In this document: piece by piece, positions 22,104-35,343 of the stretch
Numbering within the stretch: position 1 is the first letter of the stretch
Layout of the letters: the number at the start of each line of letters is the position of its first letter
NCBI RefSeq assembly: GCF_018977255.1
Contig: NW_024704742.1
Coordinates: forward strand, 126,420,001 to 126,484,000
Source: Callorhinchus milii
Lineage: Eukaryota
Direction of reading: 5' to 3'
DNA: 64,000 bases
Notes under the pieces: generated by a model
What the model saw: the letters and a program-made list of their open reading frames with translations, nothing else
Told to the model about the DNA's origin: nothing
Databases searched by the model: none
Made by a program: the position numbers and the translations under genes

Positions 22104-24554
22104 CATGCTTTCAACTTCTCAGCATCTAGGGCAATGCATCTTGTGTCATGAAATTCATTTCATATCTATTTAATATACAAAACTATACCATTCTGTCAAG
22201 TTACCAGAAGGAGACTGACTCTTAATTAAGAAATACTGTTAAGAAACACTGCAAAATTGCACCATTTGCAATTTCTGAAGGGAGTTGCCAATTTAACACA
22301 ACTTAATTTAATTTAGATCAACGTGTAGATAAATTGAGATTTTTTTTCGTTCATGCTTTTGCATCTCCCTCATGGGAAACTGCTTCAAAAAGTTACTATT
22401 CCATCTGGAACTGAATGTGACAGCTCACTTCTGGAGCTGCGATAGAATAAAAGCATTCTTCTCATTTTAAAACCAGAATGTATTGTTATTTCTTTTAGAT
22501 AGAATTTGCTGAAAGAGGTTTACAGTTGATGACATATTTCAAAGCCATCGGAAACCTGTTCCTGAAATTTAAGCTGGGCACCTGTTTAATTTTAAGTCGA
22601 GTTGTTTCAAATATTTTTTTGTCCACTGTTGGCCGAACCCTGGTCGCACAAACAAACAGAAAGTGAAGTGCTTTGAAATGAGAGGTGCAATGCATCTGTT
22701 TTCATACTGTATATTCTCATAAAATCTGTGACATAATTGATTTTCCTCACATTCCAAACCTTTAGACCTCATTCCTGCTAATCATTTTGCAAAATGATCT
22801 GAAAGCTGCCGGACCTACAGAAAGCCCCAAACATTCTTTTTTCTGGGTTCTGCGAATGATTTTACTGGTTAAGTTAGGTTGCAATATTCTTCACAATACC
22901 CTCAACATTCTTATCGCATGTTGCAAATATCGCTAAACCTTTTTAAAAGTGGCTGGTCTGAAATGCTTGCTTCTGTTTACCCAAGTCATTGTTCCTTTCT
23001 CTGCTTTCTATTCATTGCAAGTGGAGGTTAACACGGTAAGGTTAATGTGTGAAATTGTAGCCCCTCATACTTTTTGACATCCCACATATTGACCTGGGAT
23101 TTTCTTTTTGAAGAAGGCCCAGTCCTCACAGATCATATGTCACAAGGCACTAAAAATGCCAGAATCCCACAGCAGGCTTGTAGTAGCTTGTTACTTTTCC
23201 CTGTCCATAAAGGAAACAGGCTAATCCACTAAAACCTAATGAGGGCCAGACATGGCCAATAACTAGTGTCTCCTGGAGAGAGAAGTAACCCCCACCCCCT
23301 CCTCCCAAGACAACACCATCCCATCTGCTGCTTTATATTCTTCCAAAAAGAAATTAAAACATAAAGCCCCAAAAGCCCAATGTTTGAACATTGAGTCACA
23401 CCAGAAGGTCAGTTGGCCAAGTCCCATGGTGGCACAGCACTCGAACACTCCTGCCTCATTCGGATGAGGTTTGTGTCCAACTCATCCATTTGAATGATTC
23501 TTCCCTCTGGCTGGTCATGGTGCACCATTCACATTGGTTATCGGAGACGTTCAATTGTGCAAAGCCTTCTACTTAGCTAGAGGAGGAGGTTGGGTGTTTT
23601 GACTTAAGGAGAAGAAAATAAGTCAGAAAGATGGAAGTTTTTGTTTCACTTAAACACATAACATTCCGTTGAAATAACAACATTGAACTTTCCATGAAGA
23701 TCCACACCAGTATTTTTAAAATTGACTAAAATGCAAAGTGCACATTCAGTTGGTCGTGTGAAAATATCAATGAAATACAATCACAGTCATCAAATCTCTT
23801 AACGATTTTGTGGGAAGTATGGTGAATGTCCAATGGCAGTGTTGTAGGTGAGATTCCTTTTTGACTGTTTTAGTCCATCAAAGCAAACATGTTGTGTGTT
23901 TGGATGACAAACTCAATTACCTCTGCCTTCAGCTGAATGTGTCTGAACAACAACAACAAACAATTACATTTGTATAGCATGTTTCACATCAGGAGGACAT
24001 CCCAGGTTCTGCATACAATTTGCAGTTGTAAATAACATTACTAGCGTAGTGCGGCAAGTTGCAAGCTGTTTCTTGACGACAGAAGCCATTTGTTATAGGA
24101 GTCTTGTCCTATGGGTTAAGGAATTCTGGTAGTAATATTTAGTAAGCTATCATTCTTTAAACTTCTTGTTTGCCATCCCTTAATAGTATAATCAGATGAC
24201 ATCTCACTCATCTTATCAGCTGAGCTGTAATTGCATGCTTTAGCAGCCTGGAAATACACTGCTCACTAGTCTCAAATGTTTCAACAAGATATGAAAGAAA
24301 TGTCAGATACGAATGAAGCATTTGAAACTTGATGCTCGGAGCTGCAACATGAAGAGAGCCCCATACATGAGGTCAGTGCTTTTGCACCAGGCAGATGGAA
24401 CCTCTGCACTGATTAATGTTAACTCAATATTGCAGCATAGGATAAAAATCACTGTCACTACTTCCTAGAGCAACAAACACATCAATAAAAACAACCAAAA
24501 AACCAAACTCTCTCCACGAGTCAGTACTGAAGCAATGGTAGTAGATGTCTACGC

Positions 24555-25023
24555 TACACAGGCATGTTGAGAACATTCAATGACACTAGAAGTGAAGGGA
24601 GAAGTTAGGAGAGACTGGAAAAGATGGCGATGTTTCATTGGAACAGAGAAGGTTGAGAGGGGACAAACTTATGAGGGCTTTTAACAGAATAAATAGAGAG
24701 AAAATATCTCCACTGGTAAAGAAAATACGTGACATGGGGCATAGATTTAACACAGCCACAATCAGAGTGAAAGAATCTTAGTAGAATTTGCTTTCACTCA
24801 GAGAGTTGTTGGCTAATGGAATGCCCTGCCAAGGTGAGAGAGGCCGAGTACAAATGCGATTCAAGAGAGAACATAGGTATTTGAAAGTTTGAGGCTTGAA
24901 GGGGTAAAGGGATAGGACATGGCTATGGGATTGAGGGTGCAGCTTGCTCTGACAAAAATACAGACTTGATGGGCCAATTGCTTCCTTCCACGCTGTAAAT
25001 TTCTATGATTCTGTGATTCTATG
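24555..25023 (+). mobile_element. Diverged CR1 LINE 3' fragment
   Basis: gagaaggttgagaggggac, ttcactcagagagttgtt..tggaatgccctgcc, tail ttctatgattctgtgattctatga. Confidence 0.8.
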
Positions 25024-25489
25024 ACCTTCACCCAGCCGTCTGTCTTTTCAGTTTGGACTCAGAAAAGTTTGGCACGAGAAGTCCATTGATACTCTTAGTC
25101 AGAGAGATCTGCTAATTCTCCTGCAGTTATCTCTCTGCTGCTTTGGTTGGATTCTGCCCGTGTGTATTTGCGCATAGATGCTGAAACCTTGGCACCAACC
25201 CTTTGGTCGGCAGGAAGTTCGAGGGAATTGCTCCTGTCGCAGCATGAATTCTACAAACAAATAAAATAGATCAGTGATTTTATCAGCCGCCAAAAAAGTG
25301 AGACTTAAAAGTAGCTCCTCATTTCAGTGCCTTAGGCAATGCTATCCTGTAGCTCAGTGTTGGCCAATCTTTTTGGTCGGCTAACAAAATAATTTTTTTN
25401 GGATTAAATATTTCTCGGTTTATAAATCAAGAAATATTCAATCAAGAAAAACCTGGAAACACATTACCAAACGAACAGAGATTACAGGA

Positions 25490-25748
25490 ACTTCGGGCCT
25501 TCATCCTATCTTCCCCACCCTCTGCAACTCTATCCCACAGTCCCTTTGCCTTGCTCCCTCCCTTGCCTCCTTCAAGGCAAGCCTCAAGTCCTTCCTCTTC
25601 AATCGCGCCTTTGGTCATACTCATACCCTGCCTGTCCTCCACCCCTCCCGATCCCAACCCCCTCCTTAGGTCCAAATCTCTGACTGTCCAGTGCTTTGGG
25701 ACACCCTCCCGACGTGAAAAGCATGAAATGTAATTTGTTGTTGTTGTA
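25490..25748 (+). mobile_element. L2 3' fragment
   Basis: ttcctcttcaatcgcgcctttggtca...ccgacgtgaaaagc...(ttg)n tail. Confidence 0.8.
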
Positions 25749-27879
25749 GTAGCCAGTTCATTACACAGTTGTACACAGAAGGGTGTCACGATTGCCCTTC
25801 CTCAAGTTGGTCTTGTGATATATCTGTACTAAGTATGGCTAAATACTGGACAATATGGTAGAGTTTGAATATAAATGACAGCTTTCTGCAATGATCACCG
25901 ACGAAATACACATATAGCCTGTGATGCACTTTGAGAAGTCTTCCTGACGTGAAAGGCACTGTATCAAATGTAAGGATTATTAAAGATTATTGTTGTAAGA
26001 ACAGATGACCCGTTCCAAAGAATTCTGTCACACGATCTCACCTTTTGCTTAATGCATTCAGCACATGGTGCATGATCAGCTGAACTCCTGAGTGCCAGGT
26101 CGTCCTGACACCTTACAAAACACAGATGAAGTTTCAACAGCTTCTGACAATCATATCCCGTGAAATATTAAGTGCTGAAGCAAGAAATAAAACAAAAGTA
26201 CGCAAGGTAAAGTAGATTCTAAATACAACGCTTAGGTTAATAATGGGGTGGAGGTTAAAAACATTTAAATGAACTCAAAATAGATGGGTGATAGAGTTGG
26301 ATCATTGTGAATCGCCGTATCTTTTACCATTGGGAAGTGAAGTGTTTTGCACAGTTGACCAGGCAACAAAATTCTACGTGTTTGATCCCAAGTTTGGTTA
26401 ATTGTCCCTGAAATGACGCATAATCCAGGAGGGGAAAAGCACCAATTGGTGACCTTTGCTTTTCCAGATAACACTCTATTTCATCTGGTTTTCATCAGCG
26501 GCTGCTTAATTAAATGTTTCAATCTTGTTTTTTGACTGCCCTAGTATTGGGCCTCTTATGTTGTGTGGAAAATATGGCTTGATGACAAAATCACACTAAC
26601 AGGACCTCAATTTTAATTGCACTTGAATGGTACCAATTTTATGTGACTAAAATGAAATTCATAAGGTATAATTTTAGACGTCTGGTGGGGGGCAAGCAAT
26701 TTTCTGTGTTTAGTATCAAAGGCAAGCAATCAGGTTTAGCTTTCTGCTGTTGTCTGAAAGAGTTATGATAAAATGTGCGTTGGTCCAAGCACACCGGAAG
26801 CCTAGGCTGCCTTGTGGCTGAGAAAGAATCGATATGATCTCTTTGCATCACCAAGCTAGTCTCACCTGTTTCACCGTAAGGAGGTGCTGAGCAAAGGTCA
26901 CAGGGGCTCCTCCAAAGGTGGGATGCAAATATCAGAAGGAAAGCGCATGCTCAGAATGCCCCATGTCCCATTCCATCTCTCCCCACCCCCCCCCCCCCCC
27001 CACCCACCGCCAGCCCCTCTCTCGCTCGCCCCCTTCCTAAAATAGCTGCCTCAGAAACACTCCAAACACATCAACGAGGGGTGATGCAGTGGCCTGCGGA
27101 GAATGCGAAAGTTTCACAGCCTCATAAAATTTACCATTCTTCCGTGAATTCATGCTCATAAAATCAGATATAAAACGTGCAGCACAAAGACTAGTAAAAA
27201 TGGGAAGTCAAATGGTTCCATGTGCACTCAATAGCCATTGCATGCAAAGCAGGCAAATCCACAATAATAAATCCAGGCTTTTAGACAACGCACATCCAAA
27301 AGGCAGCTATTAGTGGAAATGTATTCAAAATAATTGGATTAAAAGCACGAGCTCTGAAAGGAAGCTATGGGAATTCAGCAGATCTCATGTGGAGCTGTGA
27401 ACATTAACAACTGACTAGGTGGTTTCCTCTGTTTCCCAATCAAATGTCAGAGGGTACCAGAATTAGATATGTCATTATTCCATAAAGGGATTATTAGTGT
27501 GGCTGTCGAAGAGAAATATGCTGGCCTTTTTCAGTGAAAGCACCAGTATAATATTGACTGCTGAACTTGCAGCAAGCTATACGATGGGCAATGTCAAAAC
27601 CGTTCGCCACAAAGCTTTTCTTTTCCAGCTGAACAAAACACAGAAAACATAAAGTAACTGCACTTCACAGTGTATTCTGTGAAAGGCTTTGGGATGTCCT
27701 CCCAACATAAAGGCGCTATATCAAATGGAAGGATTATTACTATTTTCGGTAATTTTAATGCTTCCTCGTAAAAAAAAAGTGGAATGCAATTTGTGGGGAA
27801 TTACAATGCATTCAATAACACTGAATTACCATTATGAATTACTGCTTATTTTCAGCTATTCCTAGAGAATTTTCTTTGA

Positions 27880-28335
27880 GGTCAGTCGGGTGTCTGGCAT
27901 ACGCAGAAACCCATCACCATGCATAAGAGTATCAAACTAAATGAGAGTTTCAGCTATGTATGCCACCTCCACTGAATGGAAATGTGTACTGTCTCCCCAG
28001 ATACATCCTGTTTACCTAATTCCAGAGAGTAATTTACGCAGGTTAGTAAGAGCCAAGACTAGGAAACTCCAGAGTGTATTGGAGAAAGCCTGGTGTTTAA
28101 CAAGCTGGAACCACATAGGCTGCTATTGAAAGCATTGTCTGGCAAGCTTCCCACTGCTTGTTCAGCTAGGACAACCTTAGAGCTTTGGATTACAGAGTTC
28201 ACAGGAACTGAGTGGGATGAATCCCTGCCCCAGTGACCAGTTTGCCCCTTCGAGACCTGCTGTGCTGAGCCAGTTGGCTGGGCTGTCATCAGACTCGAGA
28301 AGGGTTATGGTACAAAACAGCCCTCTACCCCCACA
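27880..28335 (-). repeat. Unclassified repeat, copy 3 (longest uninterrupted copy)
   Basis: Begins ggtcagtcgggtgtctggcatacgcagaaacccatcaccat, like the other three copies. Confidence 0.7.
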
Positions 28336-28362
28336 CGTTGGATGCATTCTTTTGATTTACAT

Positions 28363-28841
28363 GGATGGTACCAGGAATGAGGGACCTTGATTATGAGGAA
28401 AGGCTAGAGAGGCTAGGATTATTCTCATTGGAGCAGAGAAGGTTATGAGGAGACCTAATAGAGGTCTTCAAAATCATGAGGGGATTTGATAGGTTAGAAA
28501 GGGAAAAACTGTTTCCACTGGTGGGTGTGTCGGTGACTCGAGGTCACAGATTCAAAATAGTATCTAAAGGAAGCAGAGGGGAGGTGAGAAGACATTTTTC
28601 ACGCAGCGAGTTGTTCGAATCTGGAACGCATTGCCTTAAAGGTTGGTGGAGGCCGATTCGATAACTACTTTTAAAAATGCGGTGGACGGGTATTTGAGGA
28701 GCACGGGTTTGCAGGCTTATAGGGAAAGGGCTGGGGAGTGGGATTGACATTAATTGCTCTATTCAAAGAGCCGGCACAAACTCGATTGGCCGAATGGCCT
28801 CTTTTTGTGCTGTACAATTCTATGATTCTATGATTCTATGA
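28363..28841 (+). mobile_element. CR1 LINE 3' fragment
   Basis: Encodes YEERLERLGLFSLEQRR..GDLIEVFKIMRGFD (CR1 ORF2 C-terminus); (TTCTATGA)n tail. Confidence 0.92.
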
Positions 28842-30521
28842 TGCTCTTGGATTTTGGATTGGATAGCAGTGTCGTATTTGAATGCATTTCTGGTTCTTGA
28901 AAACAATATTTGATTGTGGCTTTAAAGGACAATGAATGAATTGAACTCGCACTTTGTTTTTAGATGCACACTTTCATTAATCTCCATGATGGAGAATAGC
29001 AACAAAGCAGAGAGATCTTCGGGGATAGCATTGTGTTGAGAACCCACAGCCTCACTCTAATGGTTGCACCCAAGGATTCCTCTGTCCCGCTGCATTTCAG
29101 ACCTGCTCAACCCACTCCCATGTATGACACTCAGACTCTACAGTCATCACACCAATGGCTGGCAGCAAGAGAAGGGATAAAATGATACAGTTTACATTTA
29201 TATAATGGCAATATGTCTCAAAGTTCTTCACATCACTGGCTGGGCACCCGAGGCAGCGGGGGTGGTGGGTGGGGGCAGGGAGGAGGGTGTGTAAGCTGAA
29301 AAGGGTGGAAAGATGAAAGATAACTGAAAGCATGGTCAAAGATGCAAGTCTTGAGGCAGACTTGAACAGAACTGGTGGGGGGATGGAGGGGATGGAAGGA
29401 GTGGAGGGGGATGGAGCGGGGGGACATAAATTGGGGGGGGATAGAGTGGGCAGGGGAATGGAGCGTTAGGGCAGGAAAGATTGGGAAAGAAATTATGATG
29501 TTTTTCAAAAGGTTCCAAATGATAATTATCACATTGAATCTGTTATGCTACAGTTTTCACTTTGTGATTTTCGATGCCAACAATATGGTTTTATAATAAC
29601 TTTTATTCAGTTGGCGTAGAGTACTTTACTCCTATATTGAAAAATTGGCAAACATGACTTCAAGCCTGCAAGATTAAATTTTTTTACTCCTTCCTTCAAA
29701 GTCTTCATAGAAAACTCTGTAAAAAGATTTGAGATGTTTTGACATTGTAGGCACTAAACCAATGTTATTTTCCCCCTTTCAAAATACACACTCACTAATG
29801 CTACTGTTAATCCTGTGGAACGCTTTGAGACATCTATCAGTGAAGGCATGTATGAAATGCAATACAGCTAATAACAAACATTAGTATCTTAAAACATGGA
29901 TCACATAACTTTCAGACTTTAACTATTTGAATACATTTTCCTGATATACAAGACAAGAATTCTGAGAGGGACACACCCTGCCTTAAATATAATTATCCTC
30001 CTCCAGTGATGTGGTCTCATTTTCATTTCATAATAAATTGTGGTGAGGAATTGTTACATTGTGGGAAGAAATAGTTTATGAATAAGAAGTTGGAATGATG
30101 TAGATCAAACAGAGAAGAGTATCAACTTTAATAAATGTTGTCCATGATTTAAAAAATGGATTATTTTCAGTACTGCCTGACTTACACGTGTTTAATATTA
30201 AGGATAATGTGTTGCAGAGTCAGTCCTTCACTATTTCAGCAAAGGCTGGTGAAAATAACTGAAGGGCAAGTGGCCTAATTTAAAGAGACAAACCACCCCA
30301 AAAAAATCCAAAAAAATCATCTGATTTCTCTTCAGTCGCCAGCCTGCCCTTTTGTTCACTGGGGTATTTTTTTACAGATTTCGATTCTTAAACACTATCA
30401 GTGAATACCACAAACCAGAAGCTACAATTGACACAAATAATCCTGTTTGTGAATACCATAAAGTAGACTCCATTCCCTTCAACCACATCACTATAGCTGA
30501 ATAGCTGAATTAAATAGCACA

Positions 30522-30850
30522 ATAATATAATAATAATAATTCTTGCATTTGATATAGCACCTTATGTCGTGGAGGCGTCTCAAAGCACTTCACATGATAT
30601 TCTGTAAAGTGTGTGTATTTTGTGGGCAAGTGAGACAGCCAATTTGCAAACTGCAAAATCCCACAAGCAGCCATGGAGAGATTGACCATTTTTTTCTGGG
30701 GGATTGTTGGCCAGGACGCTGGAAGAAACTCCCTTCTCTTTTTGAATAGTGCTACAGGATCTTTAACGTACATCTGGAAAAGCAGATGGGACCTTGATTT
30801 AACATCTTATCCAAAACACGGCGCTTCCAACAGGGCAGCACATCCCCAGC
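30522..30850 (-). mobile_element. Deu-domain SINE, 5'-truncated
   Basis: Tail (ATA)n-ttcttgcatttgatatagc, then ggccaggac and aatagtgctacaggatcttta Deu motifs. Confidence 0.8.
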
Positions 30851-31789
30851 TCTCATTGTGCAGTGCACTCATATGTGCATTGAACACACATGTGCATGCA
30901 CAATTACAAAAATGCCATAAATTAGTGTGCCTAATCTACAGGCATTCTCTCAGCTTCCTCATGCTCTGCGACTCCCGTAACTTCTTCAAGTCGGTTTGTC
31001 CGTTGCCATGATAGTAAAAGACTGAAATATTGGAAATATAAATTACACAGAATGGCGGACACCAGCTAAATGATCCTGGAGTTAATGATAATTGCTTGTA
31101 TCCACTTCAATGGTTAACAGGGATTTTGAATTGCGACACTCTCCCTTAATAAGTGTGCAAAACCAATATAATGACACCAGTGCGGCAATAAAATTGAAAG
31201 CTAGATACAAAAGCTGAAATGAAAACCACAGAGGATCCTATTTGTTTGTGGAATAGACTCTTACACAGTGGTTAGAATAAAGCCAAGTCTCCTTCAGCTG
31301 CCTCTCTCTATTTACAATATTATTTTTTTAAATTATAGAATTTCAAGATAATAGACATCTCGTTCACCTCATATTACATATAGTTGTAATGGCTCTGTAC
31401 TTATTAATCCATTGTTTCATTTCCCATCTGCCCCAATGTCGGCAAGTGAGCTTTCATGAATTCTGCCCCACTTCCTCGAATTCCAACCCCTTCTTTCCCT
31501 CCCCGCTTTCAAACCCCACCTCAAGTCTTACATACTTACATGAAACATCATGTATTTCAGCCACGCTTTGAGACATGAAAGACACTATTAAATGCAAGGA
31601 TTGTAAGGATTATTATTCTACCGTAATGGAAGCAAGTACCCGTACTAAATAATTGACATGGAGAACATGCCTTTTAAATGCACTGAAAGAGGTGACCTTC
31701 CTCACCACACCTTCCTCTCCTGTTGTTTCCAGTGGAGTATGATATTGTGCTCACACCCACACCCAACTAAACATAGCATGTAAGTGTCA

Positions 31790-32160
31790 GATTGTCTCAG
31801 TTGGTAGCATTATTGGGTCAGAGGTTGTGGTTAAAGGACCACTGTGGGATTTGAGTTCATAATCTAAGATGACACTCTAGTGCACTACTGGGGAAGCACT
31901 GCTTTGTCAGAGATTCTGCCCTTTAGATGAAATATTAATCGAAGTGTATTTGGCTGTTCAAGTGGACAGTATCACATGGCTCATATCAGAATCCTATTGA
32001 AAATGATTGTATTCTTGCCCAGATTAATTGACTGTTCACTTTAGGGCTATTATCAGGAACTTGTGTAAAGCTTCCAAAAACAGTCACTTCACTTGGCAGC
32101 ACCAGTGAAGTACTTTAAGGTGTTTTGGGCTGATAAGGTGCTATAAAATGTACGTTCCCT
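31790..32160 (+). mobile_element. Old Deu-domain SINE
   Basis: tctcagttggtagca head, tttagatgaaatattaatcga Deu-like motif, ataaggtgctataaaatg tail. Confidence 0.6.
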
Positions 32161-34354
32161 CTATAAGTAATTTCATAGTTTGTGTTTCATCTCAGTCAGG
32201 TCAACAGTTATGAAAACATATTTTATAACAGCTCAACTGCATCTGAATACAGGACGCCACATCCCAGGAAAAATAAAAGATCCAAACCAGTATTAAATAA
32301 ACTGGATAAAACAGAAGTATCTCACAGCAAAACAGAAGTATCTCAAGACTGGTGACTCTAATGAACACAAACATAGGTTGATGTAACAACGTGCAGTGAT
32401 TTATCAATGTAATATAGGCAGGGTCAGACCATCTGGGGCTAAACTTTTATGTAGCAGGCAAGAATGCATACTAATGGATCAATTGTTAATGCATTACATG
32501 TGTTGCAGTGGAGGAGAGGGTGTGACTGAGGGCAGGCAGTAGCTGAGCCAGTAGCACTGGATTACATCCATTACAGATTCTGAATGAAATCTCCAGCTGC
32601 TTTACAGCTTTCTACTATGATGCTCTGCCTTGCAAGACCTATTAGGATGTTTGACCATATAACCATGCACTCTATTCATGCATTACATTTTTCTTTATAT
32701 ATCCTTTTCAGTTAGACAACTTTGGCTCTGTACACCTGCTAATTAACCCCTTAGGAGCTGATGGCATTTAATTCTGAGATTGTTTGTATATTTTGTTCAA
32801 TTTCAACCCTGTGAACTATACTTTACCAACAGCTTTTAGATGGGGAATGATTTTCATCAACAGCAGCTTATTAACTGTAAATCATGTCCTTCATCTGAAG
32901 AATTACAGGAAGCAAGACTCGAGGCCTTTTTAGGTCCATTGAAGTTGAAAAAGTGCTCCTCGGCAAAGTGGTAGTGCTATTAGCCTCTCACGGCTAGAAA
33001 AAATGCTTGCTGTATAAACTGTATTGCCAGGCACTGCCTTCAAATCAGAACAAAGATATTTAATACTATTACTAATAATAATCCTTAAGTTGGACATAGC
33101 GCCTTTCACATCAGACGGATGTTTGAAAGTACTTCACAGAATTTACTATAGGGTGTGGATTTTGTAGGCAAACGAGGCAGCCAATTTGCACATAGCAGTG
33201 TCCCACAAACAGCCATGATGTGATTGAAACTTGGAGGATTATCTGTTCACATATCTTCCCCATATTTCTGATTTATGAGATGTACCTTGTGCTCTCTTGG
33301 TATTACAGTCAAAACCATAGCTTGTGTGTCTACATTGGGAGCTGGGTTTGGATTTGGATTGCGTGCCCTGTGAGAGCTGTGTATATGCCAGCTAGAATTG
33401 ACATCATCCTATATCTTCATTTCCACTGGAACACAAAGGCTGACGGCCAACAATACCAATGTCACGCACTTACAATATAAAAGTAACATGAAACTTAGAT
33501 CCAGGTTGTGGATTCAATTCCAGTGTCATATGTGATATTAAATCGTGAGGGCTTTCATTACTAATTTTATACCACATTGGAATTTATACCAGCTTGTGCT
33601 CGCGGTATCTATTTGATTACATTCAGCCAGGATTGTAATTATAAATGTCAGCATCGTATCTGAAGGACTTTGCTTCCTAAGGTGTAGTATAATGATAATA
33701 ATTCTGGCATTTGTTTTAGTGCCTCATCACATTGGTGAGACGTCTCAAAGTACTTCACAGGATTTACTGTAAAACGTAGTGACTGTATTTTGCAGGCAAT
33801 ATTTTTTACAATGCATCACAATGTTATAATCAGGCATGAATAAGTTTAAGGTTGAACCAAATCCATCCTAGTCAAGTGCATTGCAAGCTGAATCAGCTGA
33901 GACCTAATGTTGGTGAAGGGACACTAGTTATTGGCAAAGCGTTGTAATAACAGCTACTTAATCAGAAAATTCAAACTATAGTTCAGGTACCACAGACCTA
34001 ACCCCAAAACAAAGTAACAAGAGAATAGAGTCAACTTTGTGGTCCATTTGATGTGAAAAATATCACATTATCTGGAAATTCGACCCAATTGTTACATCTG
34101 CCAATACGCACAAAGTTCAATGTGCATAACTCTGGCACTGCTATATTTATGTAATACCACACAGATTGTACAAAACTTTCTTTATCTGATTACTTTATCT
34201 TAAAAACTTTTTTTTTGATAAAAACAATTACAATCATGTGCGTGTCATACAATTAAATCAATCAAAAGAGGAAAGATTCATCCAGTATGGGAATCGGGAA
34301 AAATATAGTAAGAGCAAAATTAAATAATAATTTATAAAAATAATGATAAATAAA

Positions 34355-35343
34355 TAAATAATCCTTGCATTTGATATAGCACTTTCATAGAAGGAGGACG
34401 TCTCAAAGAGCTTCACAGATTTCCTGTAAAGCAGACTGGCTGAATTTTGTAGGCAAATGTGGCAGCTAATTTGGGCACAATAATGTCTTACAAACAGACA
34501 TGAAGTAAATGACCAATTTTATCTCAAAAAACCACAAGATTGGTTTGAATGAAAAAGTTCTTTCTGCCTATCTGATTTCGTCCTTCCAGAACACCTACGC
34601 TACCAAAAGGAACTGTTGGCAAGAACACCAAGCGAAACTCTTTTTGAGTAATAATAATTAATAATAACCATTGCATTTGATATAATGCCTTATCACATGT
34701 CTCAAAGAGCTTCACAGAATATATAATAAATATATAGAGCACTCACCTCTCAAGCGAGAGACCTGGGTTCGATTCCCAGCAGGGCAAAACCTTGGGCAAG
34801 TTTCCTTACTTCATACGCCTAATAATAATCCCTCAAGAAAAAATATTAAATTGGTCACTTCAATCCACGACTGTTTGTGGGACACTGCTGTGCGCAATTT
34901 GGCTGCCGCATTTCGCCCACAAATATACAGTCAATTCACTTTACAGTCTATTCTGTGAAGCGCTTTGAGACGTCTAAAGACGTGAAAAGTCAAGTGCAAA
35001 GATTATTATTATCATATTATAAAGTGGATTGCCTGTGTATTTTGTGGACGAAACATGGCAGCCAATTGCACACAGCAATGTCCCACAAATAGTCGAGGGA
35101 TGAGTTACCAAATTAGTTTTTTTGTTTTTTAGGAGTAGTGCTATGAGCTCCTTAACATCCTCCTGAACAGTCAGTTAGATTTAACTTCTCATCCAATAGA
35201 TGGTACCTCTAACAATGCAGCACATCTCCAGCATGTTATTGGAGCATCACCCTAGGCTATATGAGTTCAAAGTCCCAATATGGGGCTTAGAACCTATGAC
35301 CTTCTGACACCGAGGCAAGAATGCTACTAACTGAACCAGGCTC
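34355..35343. mobile_element. Cluster of four SINE copies in mixed orientation
   Basis: About 34355-34520 (-), 34648-34720 (-), 34737-35012 (+, tRNA head with ggttcgattcc) and 35020-35343 (-, Deu type). Confidence 0.8.

Noticed and set aside
25354..25380. hAT-like terminus cagtgttggccaatctttttgg
   Set aside because: I found no matching opposite terminus or target duplication.
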